Assembly: GCA_951406725.2 (NCBI GenBank)
Contig: OX597817.1
Coordinates: forward strand, 113,708,001-113,772,000
Direction: 5' to 3'
DNA from: Octopus vulgaris
Lineage: Eukaryota
Length of the DNA: 64,000 nt
The position numbers and the translations under genes were made by a program. Below the pieces are notes generated by a model that worked only from the letters and a program-made list of their open reading frames with translations, had not been told where the DNA came from and did not search any database. Below are positions 12,031 through 23,900 of the stretch, in pieces. The stretch's first letter is position 1. Every line of letters begins with the position of its first letter.

Positions 12031-12971
12031 ACAACAGGGAAATACATAATTTATCCTGGTGCTCTACAATTTCGCCAGCTTGTCCCTCTCTCATGTTATT
12101 GTTAAATATAACCATTGAGATTATATATGATGAACATTGATGGTGGAGTAGTTATAATACAGAAACACCGACCAATAGACTCACTGTTTATATTGTATTC
12201 AATAGCACAGGGATTCCTAAGAAGGACTCAATTTGCTAAGCTGAATATAAATATAACTTGTTCTAATGTTAGAACTATTTGTTCCAACATTAGCATTGTA
12301 AAATTCCCTTTTTTATTTTTAACCTGTGGATTCTCTTCCCTATATGTCCCTAAATCATATTGGTATGTTTGTTTTTCTATTAAATTCAAATGTTGGTTCC
12401 CGATTATAATCTGCATGAAATAGTCCATGTACAAGCACCCATAAAGTCTGGTGGCTATTTACTCTGCTACAAGACACTGTAACATCATGTGAGGTATATG
12501 CAAAAAGAAAATCATAATGAAATACATATGTCTATAGGGATATATGTATATACACTTATCTATACATATATAAATACATACATATATATTTGTGTGTGTG
12601 TGTAGGAAAACACTTAAATATAAGAAATATTGAAACAGAATATATTGCACTTCAATTATTCAACTCTACTTGAGTAAATTAATTTTTTTTTCTTTTATAC
12701 AATAATCCCAAATTGTAATTTGATGCCATTTCTCAATGTACAAACTGCATATTTATTCAAAAGATACCCAATTGCATTGATATAGAAGAATCCTGAAGAT
12801 TCCAAAAGTATTTAGTTTCATTTTAGTTTTCTTCATTTAACAAACATTTTTAGATGATAGTTTTATTGAACAAGAGTGAATATGAACTACAAGGAGGTGT
12901 ATAAATATATACACATGTATGCATATATATATATATATGTTATATACACAGATTATGCAAATATTTACATA

Positions 12972-13007
<36 letters not shown>

Positions 13008-13011
13008 AATC

Positions 13012-13168
13012 AATAACAGTTTGACTCGGCTCCATGCAATTTAAAGTTTCAAAGGCTTATTGCACAAGACTGTGCAACTTGTCAGGCATCTTCAATTTCT
13101 CCAGATGATTGACGAGATAGGTTCATTCTAAAGCCTACGGTTGCATGGAGCTTAGTCAAACTATTATT
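13012..13168. repeat. Short inverted-repeat (MITE-like) element
   Basis: aataacagtttgactcggctccatgcaa pairs with ttgcatggagcttagtcaaactattatt. Confidence 0.7.
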
Positions 13169-14264
13169 AAATAACATATGCAACTCCTGCCAAAAGTGTT
13201 GAGTGTCACTTTCTTTTGTTTGTCCACTCTCTTGTATACACACACATACACATTTGTGCATACATGCATATGTTTAGAGTTATCTACAAGTCAACATACA
13301 GCAGTTTACAGACTTAATAATATTAAAAAAGGAAATAATGTGATATGAAAACTATTACAATTTTCCTCTAAATGAAAAAAAAAAAAGCTTTTTCTGAACT
13401 TTTATTTTATTATTTTCCATTTTGTAATTGAATGTAAGCATTAAATATTACAGTCCTGTATTTGTTGTTGAGTTTTACTTCTAAGTACAAGAAAGTTTGT
13501 ACATGTATATACAATCTTCAATATCTGTAAAATGATTGATGTTTTTACGCTAATAGTGTAAAACCAACAAATATGATACATATGTAAAATATTTATCACT
13601 ACACATCTCAACAGATTTGTAGACTTTGTCAAAGCCTTGGATGCCTATATTGTACTGCTGCATGACTTTCCTCTCCATGTGTATATTTTACTTTCTTTCT
13701 CTTTATCAGTCCCAAACCAGAAAATACAAGTGATATATCAGCATGTGTGCAAGTGTACATAGATATATGTATGTGTCCTGTACATGTAACTTAGATTTAC
13801 TTGCATTCACATGTGGGTAAATATAACCACATGCTACCTTGACACCCAAATGCCAAGTGTGTATTAATTCCAAATCTATCATAATTCTTATAAATTTCTT
13901 GCAATAACAATAACCATTTGGTTTTATTTTGTTGTTTTATTAGAAAAAAAAGATCCAGCTAGTGTAACTTATATTGTTTATATTTTGGGTTTTGGTTCTC
14001 TAATAGTTTTATTACTGAAGACAGATAGGAAAACATACACACCACTTCTGTGTCATCAAAGTCTTTCCTTCATTAGACCAAACAAGTAGAAGTTGAAGGG
14101 TGTCAGACCTGGGTTGTACTGTGGATGCAGGACCACAGAACAGCCCCATTTGTCAATTGCTTACTTTGTTGCTAAAAGCATATATGGTTACACGACAGTG
14201 TGGATAATATATAGCTTCTTGTTTAACCTCTTCTTCCTAATGGCTTCTAAGCTTTTTTGGTGTC

Positions 14265-14812
14265 TCAATGAGGCTAGTATGCTCTGCTGGATGTGTAATG
14301 TAAGTGTACATGTTTGACAGAGTGTTAGTGTATTGAGAGAGAAGTTAGGTATAAGAAAAATTAGACATTGTGTGCAAGAGAGAAGACAGCTCTGATTTGG
14401 TCATGTGACGTGAATGGATGCTGACAGCTCTATAAAGAAGTGCTAATCTCTGAGTAGATGGAACACGTGGAAGTAGAAGACCCAGGACATGGGATGAAGT
14501 ACTGAAGGATGACTTCAGGATGTTGAATATTTCAGACAAGATGACAAAGGACCTTGGTACCTTGCTGTACTCAAGAAGACTCATGCTCCACAGCAGAAAT
14601 GTTAAGGCTGGTCCCCCTGGTGAAGAGGATTGGCCTGCCAGCACCATGTAAAAGGCGCCTGTGCCACATAATGCTGTTCATCCAGTGCTATGTAAAAGCA
14701 CCCAGCACACTCTAAAGTGATTGGTGTTAGGAAGGGCATCCAACCATAGAAATCGTGCCAAATCAGATTGGAGCCTGGTGCAGCATGGAAAATGGACGTT
14801 AAATGATGATGA
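14265..14812 (+). mobile_element. 5'-truncated RTE LINE (ORF C-terminus, 3' UTR, GAT tail)
   Basis: NEASMLCWMCNVSVH...LREKLGIR...RRPRTWDEVLKDD matches the copy at 18760-19010, followed by the shared 3' UTR. Confidence 0.8.
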
Positions 14813-15295
14813 TTATATACACATATATATATAAATAACTGTATTTTTTTTTTCATTTTAAGAAGAAAGGAATTAGTTTCTAACAAAGTAAAAGTCCCAT
14901 GACTGGAATTTGGATAACAACAATAATTGTTACATATTGAACTTTTCTAAAGTCATGCTCTGTTTTCTTTGCATGACAGTACAATCCTACCTTCCCCAAT
15001 TCCTGCTCTAATCTGCTCAGCATCTCCTGTGCCTGATCTATCCTCTCTGTTAGAAATGCCAGGTTATCAGCATAGTCATTATCATCGTTTAACGTCCGTT
15101 TTCCATGCTAGCACGGGTTGGATGGATAGGTCAGTTATTATTACTGCTTGATGCCGTTTACATATGTGCTGCTTGTTAGGACACAACAACCTCTTAAGCA
15201 GACCGAGTGCAGATATAAGAAACATATGGGAACCGGTATTAAGGAAGGATAAGAAAATATTAGATTTATAAGCCCTAAAATTCATTCTATAATTA

Positions 15296-15520
15296 CCCAC
15301 AGGCATATGGCGTAGTGGTTAAGAGCACGGGCTACTAACCCCAAGATTCCGAGTTCAATCCCAGGCAGTGACCTGAATAATAACAATATCGAATAATACC
15401 TTAGGAATGAGAACCTAGGTTCGAAATTTCTCCAAAAAACCTGATGAGGGCTGGAGGGTATATCAGCCAAAACGTGTTAACAATAAAGAAGATGAGGACA
15501 AATATCTGTCAAATGTAAAA
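15296..15520 (+). mobile_element. Repeat with tRNA-like Pol III head and downstream degenerate hammerhead motif (Penelope-associated?)
   Basis: A-box tggcgtagtgg and B-box gagttcaatcc, then CTGATGA-gggctg..cagcc-AAAAC at 15441-15473. Confidence 0.55.
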
Positions 15521-15524
15521 AATG

Positions 15525-15880
15525 ATAACTTTCGCTCTGGTGTTCTCATACAGCTTACTTATTGCTCTCAGAATTCTTGGTGGAATATCATATGCTTTAA
15601 GTATCTTCATCATCATTCCTCTATGTACTGAATCAAAAGCCTTTTTTGAAGTCTACATAGATAATGATAGCATTCCTGTTATGGCTCTGAACTCCCTCTA
15701 TCAGTTTTCTAAGCGTGACAATGTGAGATGTTGTTGACTGTCCTGATCTGAATCCATTTTGATTTGGTCGCAATTGTCTGTCTATCTTAGGTTGTATTCA
15801 TGTTGACCATTTTTGCAACAATGGATGACAGACTGATCCATCTGTAATTCCCAGTATCTCTTATGTCTCCAGTTTTAAGC
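15525..15880 (-). mobile_element. RTE-type LINE RT N-terminal fragment (second family), inverted
   Basis: KTGDIRDTGNYRWISLSSIVAK...RPNQNGFRSGQSTTSHIVTLRKLIEG...IYVDFKKAFDSVHR...LYENTRAKVI. Confidence 0.8.
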
Positions 15881-15884
15881 AGCA

Positions 15885-16525
15885 GTAGCAAGTCTATCTC
15901 AGACCAAGTATTCAGCCACAAAATGCCTGTGTCAGTGAAAGTGAGAGATGCCAAGTTGCTCAAGGCAGTTGAAAATTCCAAATACCTTGGTGCGTGGACA
16001 CAAAGTACTGAAAATGACATCGTAGAAAGGAAAGCTCTTGCCTGGAGTGCATGCCATAAAGTGAGAAAGGTATGGAGTTCAAAGTTAGCAAGGAAATTGA
16101 AAGTAAGGTTGTTTCTAGCAACAATGTTCTATGTGGGGTTGAAACATGGACACTCACTAAAGCATTGAAAAAGCAGTTGGACGGTTGTTATACGAGGATG
16201 CTTAGAATGGCACTCAATGTCTCCTGGAAGAGTCATACAACAGACGCCAACTTACACCAGGGACTACCAAAAGTAACGGTGAAGATACAGCATTAAAGGA
16301 TGAGGCTAGCTGGACACTGCTTCAGACATACTGATGAAATTGCTAACAAGCTAGTGCTCTAGCAACCAATGGAAGGAGGAACCAGGAGAGAAAGGAGAAA
16401 GATAACCCATACTGTCAACTTGCTGAAGGATACTGGTAAGGAAGGAGTGCAGGAGCTGAGGACTGTTATGGAAGATTGAGATAAGTGTGGAAACAGTCTT
16501 GGGGCATCCTGAGGGATGACCTAGA
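15885..16525 (+). mobile_element. RTE-type LINE RT C-terminal fragment (second family)
   Basis: SKYLGAW...RKALAWSACHKVRKVWSS...CGVETWTLTKALKKQLDGCYTRMLRMALNVSW...RMRLAGHCFRH, with frameshifts and stops. Confidence 0.8.
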
Positions 16526-17167
16526 TAAAGTCATGCATATTTTTACTACCCATTTACAGATTGTATCTATAAAATGTATGTTCATCATTCATTTTCCTTG
16601 CCTGAGAATTTGTTTCTGACTCATCACTTAGACATGTAAACATAACTATGTGCACCAATAATTATTGGTATAAGTGTGAGTCATATCATCATTTAATGTT
16701 CATTTTCTATGCTGGCATAGGTTGATCGGTTTGACTGAAACTTATGTGGCACTAGCACCTGTGCTTTGAATGTAACGCCAGCACAAGTACTTTTTATGTG
16801 ACTCCAACACTTGTGCTTTTATGTAGCACCAGCACTGGTATTAATTCTGCTATGATGGACAGGTCTTCCGTATAAATATAGACCAGAGTAGAGGAGCTGC
16901 ACATTTCGAACCAGTTGTCCATAAATACTCTCCTTTCCATGGATTTTAGAAGAGATGGTGACACATGCAGGGTAGCTAAACTCTGAGTAAACATGAATTT
17001 TCTTTTTAATCTCAAATAATTATATCAGGCCTTTTTTTAATGTGAATGTGTCACCAATATTCATTGTGGTATATGTGTAGGCATTCAGTAGTAGAGGTGT
17101 TGTTTATATTAATCTCAGAACAGTTTTTTCTGAAGAAGACATTGTATGTTGTTTTTGCAACATCATG

Positions 17168-17312
17168 TTTGGCGTTAGGAAGGGCATCCAGCTGTAGAAA
17201 CATTGCCAGATAAGACTGGAGCCTGGTGCAGCCTTCTGGCCTCCCAGATCCCCAGTCGAACCGTCCAACCCATGCTAGCATGGAGAACGGACGTTAAACG
17301 ATGATGATGATG
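17168..17312 (+). mobile_element. RTE 3' UTR fragment with (GAT)n tail
   Basis: Near-identical to 56650-56813. Confidence 0.8.
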
Positions 17313-17561
17313 TCACTGTGAGAGGTAGTATCTAAATGACATTTTGGAGAAGCTGCTGTTTACATGTATTATATCCTCCAGAGAAAAGTGACACAAACAA
17401 CATTTATGGTTGCATCTTGCAAGTTCAAGAACTTAACTGTTTTGTTTGTTTCATAGCTATCTTTTGCTCTTGGATGGCACAAGTTCAACTTTCAAGATGT
17501 GATGTAACAGTTATAAGTCCAAGCGAGGTTACACTTCATGTTAATATTACCAGATTCATTT

Positions 17562-17787
17562 AAGGTGGCAAGCTGGCAGAATTGTTAGTTCACCAATTTA
17601 AATGCTTAGCAATATTTCATCTGTCACTACATTCTCAGTTCAAATTCCATCAAGGTTGACCTTGTCTTTCATCCTTTCAAGGTTGATAAATTAAGCACCA
17701 GTGAAACACTGGGGTTGATGCAATCGACCTATGCCCTCTCCACAAATTTCAGGCTTTGTCCCTTTAGTAGAAAGGATTATTATTATT
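17562..17787 (+). mobile_element. tRNA-derived SINE family A
   Basis: Full head, core and (att)n tail. Confidence 0.85.
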
Positions 17788-19300
17788 AGTTTAGATGAGA
17801 TGCAGATTGGGTTTGTACCAGGGAGAAGCACCACTGATGCTATATTTCTGGTAAGACAGCTGCAGGAGAAATTCTTAGCTAAAGAGAAACCTTTGTACTT
17901 GACTTTTGTTGACATAGAGAAAACCTTTGACAGGGTGCCCCAATCCCTTATCTGGTGGTCAATGTGGAAACTAGGGTTAAATGAGTGGTTAGTGAGAGCT
18001 GTACAAGCCATGCACAGGGATGCTGTCAGTAAGGTGAGGGTTGGCAACGAGTATAGCGAAGAATTCTGGGTAGAAGTAAGGTTTCACCGAGGATCAGTCC
18101 TCAGCCTTCTCTTGTTCATTATAGTCCTCCAGGCAATAACAGAGGAATTCAAGACAGGATGCCTCTGGGAGCTCCTCTATGCTGATAACCTTGATCTAAT
18201 AGATGAGTCACTACTAGAACTAGAGAAGTTTCAGGTGTGGAAACAAGGTCTAGAATTGAAGGGCCTTAGAGTTAACCTAGCAAAAACCAAAGTTTTATTA
18301 AGTAGGAAGGCAGACAAATTACAAGTCCCTTCAGGTTGATGACCCTGCTCGATCTGTAGAAAAGGTATAGGTAGAAGCTCCATAAGATGTACCCAGTGTA
18401 AGATATGGACACATAAGAGGTGCAGCAATATCAAAGGAAGGTTTTTGTGTGTGGAAGATGCACAAGTGCCATAAACACCGAAAATGTACTGAAAACAGAT
18501 GCTAGGGGTAAAAACTAGAAGTAACTGATAGCTTCTGTTACCTAGGTGACCAAGTCAGTAGCTGGGGTGGATGGTCTGAGAGCGTAGCTGCTAGAATAAG
18601 AATAGGCTGAGTAAAGTTCAGAGAGCTCCTACTTCTGCTGGCAACAAAGGGCCTCTCGCTCAGAATGAAAGGTAGACTGTATGATACATGTGTGCAAACA
18701 GCCATGCTACACGGTAGTGAAACATTGGCTGTGACTGCTGAGAATATGTGTAGGATTGAAAGAAATGAAGCTAGTATGCTTCACTGAATGTGTAATGTCA
18801 GTGTGCACACACAACTATGTATGCATGCCCTGAGAGAAAAGTTGGACATAAGAAGCATCAGATGTGGTGTGCAAGAAAGATGACTGCTCTGGTATGGTCA
18901 TGTGATGTGTATGGATCAGGAAAATTGTGTGAAGAATTGTCCCACCCTAACAGTGGAGGGAACCTGTGGAAGAGGTAGACCCAGGAAGACATGGGATGAG
19001 GTGGTGAAGCAGACCGAACGTTGGGCCTCACCTAGGCAATGACAATGCTTGAGAAGACCTGGCAAGCCAAGTGAGATCATAGTCATAGATGATGCCAGTG
19101 TCACATAACCGACCTGTTTAAAAGCACTCTTCAATTATTGGCTGATATGCTGTGCTTGTGAAGACCTGTTGAACCAAGTGAAATCGTAGTTGTGGCCGAT
19201 GCCAGTGCTGCCTGACTGGTACCCATGCTGGTGACATGTAAAAAGCACCATTCAAGCATAGCCAATGCCACTGCTGCCTGACTAGCACCCATGCTGGTGT
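17788..19300 (+). mobile_element. 5'-truncated, inactivated RTE LINE reverse transcriptase with internal PHD-like finger
   Basis: QIGFVPGRSTTDAIF..RQLQEK..FVDIEKTFDRVP..HRGSVLSLLLF..LLYADN..GLRVNLAKTKV..FCYLGD..HGSET..WYGHV..GRGRPRKTWDEVV; several stops and frameshifts. Confidence 0.92.
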
Positions 19301-20010
19301 TACTGATTTTGCTTCCTAAAAGGCTTAAGGAATCAATAATAAGATCTAGAGTGTCACCCAGAAAGATGACCACTCCAAGATTAGTAGTATTTTGTCTGCT
19401 GCAGTGACTTTAGTAACTGAGTGGGTGAATAGAATAAATTCGTTTTTATAATCAAGCCATACTGTTATAAGGTTTCTGCTACTGCATTGAAGGATTCTCA
19501 GGCAAGGAAAATGAATGTTACTCATTTTGCTTCCTAAGAGGCTCAAGGAATCAATAATAAGATCTAGAGTGTCACCCAGAAAGATGACCAATCCAAGATT
19601 AGTGTTTAAAATAATTTTCACTCTGAGAAGTCAGAATATTTCTATAATGACTTTTCTTAACTATTTAAGTTGTGCCCATATGCATCGTTGAAGATGGCTA
19701 GGACATTGACCTCATGTACATATATTAAATGGAGGGAAATATTTGTTTTGAAAACATTCAAGATGAAATTGCAGATGTCCGTACCATTAAAACAATCCAT
19801 ACTTACACTGTAGATACCTTCTGGATCTGTCTTTTACATCCAGGCTGAGCTCTTTTCAAAGAGCAGCAGCTTTCTAGTATAAAATATCTGTATACACAAG
19901 TTCATGCTCAGACACTGGATACCTATCTTCCCCTAGTATGCTCCTTGCTCCATATGGGTTTGTGTATTTGTAGGTTTTCTCTAATATTTCAAACAGCGTC
20001 AATGTGAAGA
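19300..20010 (-). mobile_element. Highly decayed R4/NeSL-like non-LTR RT remnant
   Basis: DLIIDS...RNLITVWLDYK resembles the R4-clade motif QLIIDS...NL..AWIDYKKAFDS (recalled from memory, not searched). Confidence 0.35.
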
Positions 20011-20707
20011 TATACAGAAACAAGCACCTGCATGCACACACACACATACATATAAGGATTGCTTCCAATGACATTTCAATAAAAAAAGCATTGGTCAGTC
20101 TAGGGATATAGTAGGAAGTACTTGCCCAAGATGTTTAGCATCACATGGCTTTAGAATCCAGAATACCAGAGATGTGAAGGGAACTTCATAACATGCAGCC
20201 ACATCTGAAAAATCTATGCATTTAAAGTTAATCTATTTTGTATACATGATACATAATGTCAATTGCAAAATAGTATTTTCAAAAAGGTACACTGTATTCT
20301 TGCATGCATAAGAGCTAAGTAAAAGGCTTGGAGTCAGAAAAGGGATCTGGTTGTGAAAACAGTGCCTCAAAAGTCTTGACCAACTCATAGCAATATGGAA
20401 AGGTGAATATAAGAGCAATAAGTTCATTACCAGCCAGACCTTGTCCATTGTGGCTATTGTAGTTAGTACATTATTCCAAAAACTAACTTGTCACTTATTA
20501 AGTGAGTTTTCAGATGCATAACTGAGTTACAAATAATTACTAAAATATAACAAGCATTATTTATACCAGTGTAATAGAGCAATGAGTTATTGCTGTGATC
20601 CCTAGCTGGAACTTATTTTTTTATTTATGCATTAACTTCCTTAATTTCCCTAAAAGACTTAGACTTTAAGCACATAAAAAAAAAAAAAAAAAGAAACTGA
20701 TTTCAAA

Positions 20708-20993
20708 AGTAGAAAGAGACTTTTCTATTTCAAAATACAGCCAGTATTAATTGCTTACTGGAATCTTCATCAGCTATTTATATAAAAAAAACACATTGAG
20801 AGTAAAGTACATTTAAAGAGATGAGTAACCTTACTCGATATAAATGTATAAGTAGAAAGAGACTTTTCTATTTCAAAATACAGCCAGTATTAATTGCTTA
20901 CTGGAATCTTCATCAGCTATTTATATAAAAAAAACACATTGAGAGTAAAGTACATTTAAAGAGATGAGTAACCTTACTCGATATAAATGTATA
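20708..20993. repeat. Perfect tandem duplication, 2 x 143 bp
   Basis: 20708-20850 is identical to 20851-20993. Confidence 0.95.
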
Positions 20994-23900
20994 TCATATA
21001 ACTCCAACTCAACTAATATTTATTGCGCTCTAAATTTTTTGCACACAAAATAAACCCGGTTTGTTGAGTTAGTGAATCTTTACATCAGTGCCTGATTTAT
21101 AAGCTGGTGATAAATCTTTCTCAAAAATCTCCCTTCTGTCTTTAGGAGGGGACTACAAGTTTTATAAATCAAATATTAAGGACAATATAGAAAGCATTTT
21201 ATGAGATCAGTTATTTTCATGTCTGGTTAGTGGCACAGAACTGACCAAGATGCTGACTCAACACCAATAAAAACTCAGCTCAACAAATGACAAACATTCT
21301 TCATGAACACAGAGACTTTTCTTCTCCAGTTCAATCTCTTAAAATTTGGTAAAACACATTTTTTAAACTTGAGAAAGGCTGAGTTAGGGAACAGATTCAA
21401 TTTTCTGTAAGAATACATATAAAAGTAGAAAATCAGTTTTAAACTGATATCTCTTTATAATTCCTAACATTTTGAAAATGAAAATGAAGAAGAAACAGAT
21501 TGAAAGAAAGTGTATTGGACTGATTTATCATGAGTTGGGAGGTTCAAATATAGTGTAGGCATTTGTGTGCCAGGGAAATATATTCAGTGATTCTATATTC
21601 AATGCTATGCATATTGTGACAGGCTGAAAACTAACTGATCACAAATGCATCATTGACCTTTGAGCGATGTCCAGCTTAATCCTTATATAGGCATACTTAA
21701 AGTTGAAGATAGGAGGAAGATGGAGGAAAACACTGCAGACTGATTTTACTTCAACAACTTGACCACAGAAAACCTGGGAATATATTTTCAGATGTAGATG
21801 TGCAGTTTACAGATTTGTGGAGAAGTGAAACATGGTGATATTTCTTTAATTTAAATAACTCTAAGATGGAGCTATTTAACTTATCCAGTAAGCTAAATGT
21901 GATGAAGCCAAGGGCATGAAATATTTATCCTACTATTTTAGCACACACTCACACACAAAAGTCAAATTGAAGCACAAGTCATGAGGGCACTTAAGGTTCA
22001 TGAAAGGATCAACATTTTTTTTATTCAATAGATGGAAATGATAGTCAGACTGAAAAATCATGCAGATTAAATTGATGCCTGATGGCCTGAGATTTCATTT
22101 TATTTTATTTCCTTTTTTAGACGTATTTTCCATTATAATCGTCATGACAATAGTAGAAAGCAACATTTTATAAGTACATTGTAATAGCAAAAATATAAAG
22201 ATAATTTAGAACTATAACATTACTAAATAACATTATCAGTGATGAATTTTTCACATAGTGTACGTCTTCAGTTGTTATGTACAAATTTACAAATAAAAAG
22301 TCAACAAAAGTTCACATTTTTGAGTGGTTATCAGTACTAAAAAAATTAAAAAACATTCATTATCGACCAAATCATTACAAAAGAAACCTCTAGTTAACAC
22401 AGTTGTTAGAATCTTTAAAAATATATTTAAGGAACAATATAAAACAAAGAAACAAAGGTATTATAAGAGATCAGGCAGTATAAAAAAAAGAATCAGTAAC
22501 AAGTGCTATCGTGTACAGATAATTTTGCAGTGAGCTGAGTCTACAACACAGTTTTGATTCATGGCTGTGTAGCCACTGTACATCACTTTGTGTGTGTTAT
22601 GTGTATGTGTATATATATACATATATATATATAGCTAATACTCTTGAGGAAAGCATGAAAGTTATACAATCTCAATTCCTCATTCATATTAAATCTGACA
22701 CTTCGTACCTAGTCAAAAGAAATCACTATTAATAGCCTCAGAATGTCTTAGAGTCAAGTGTCACATCAGAAGAGGATATAATGATATTAACAATGTTTTA
22801 TTTTCTTCTTTGCCTTCATTCTTATTCAGTTTTTATGTAGAATATTTATTTTATCAATATATTTGGCAGCTACTGTAAAGTAAAAGGAGGTATGCTCCTG
22901 ACAAACAGAGTCTACGACAACATGGTTTTGATTTTTTGCTATAACTATTTCATTCCAATTCACAATTGTCAATGACTTTAACAAAGCTGTGAACAAATAA
23001 GTCCTATTTTAGTCTTCACTGAAGTCAACAGGGATAATTGACTACACATTAATCATAACCTCTGATTATGAAAATTCAAGCAATTGACTAACACATTTGT
23101 ATGAGATAGATAGATAAATAAATAAATATATAAATAAATAAATAAATGGTTGATTAATTATTACATGTGTTGTAGCCAATATCTTGTAAATTTGACATAA
23201 GAAATATTTTGAAAACAGCTTTGCTAAGTTGAAGTCAATATCTGAAAAGGCTGCATTCAGTAGCAGTGGCCATTGTTTTTGTTTACCCCCAGGTCAGCTC
23301 TGATCTACCAGAACTATGATCAAAATATTCCAGTCATGGCCATCTCTTATTTTTTAAGATGACAGGATGTGATGAGAATGAAATTTGGCTGCAATTTGGA
23401 TTGTTTAGACCTAGGTCAATTCTAGTTGAGTTGACTTCTGATCAAAAGCATTTCAGCCCATGGCCATGCTGTCTGCGTCTCAGACATTATATATCTCGGA
23501 CTACTTTATCCAATGTGTCTCTCACTTTCAAGATAGTTGGCTGTTATTTCTTGACGTTTGAGTTACCATATAAAAGCTCACTCATTGATTCAGAAGTGAT
23601 AGTGTTTAGCCCCCAGGTCAGCCTTGATCATGCAGACCTATGGTCAAAAGCTTCTAGTTGTTGTGACCAAGATAGAGTGGGGTGGGTGATTCAAGGGAGA
23701 ATTGTCTGTTATTAGTAGCAAGTTAAGCAACCATGTAGAATCTCCTTCATTGAATTTGTGGAATTACATGGAGGCACAATTCTTATGAATATATTTCATT
23801 TATCCAGTTATATTTTTAGTACATATTATTTATTTCTGTTTGCCAGAAGCAACCTGACTTCATAGAATAAAAATATATCATTTCATATCCTGAAACAGAA

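Noticed and set aside
12110-12440. 68-aa minus-strand ORF as a gene
   Set aside because: No splice support; at most a faint resemblance to an R4-like RT C-terminal remnant, too weak to annotate.
15300-15375. Functional tRNA gene
   Set aside because: A and B boxes are present but there is no convincing acceptor stem or poly-T terminator; it is a repeat head, like the other tRNA-like SINE heads.
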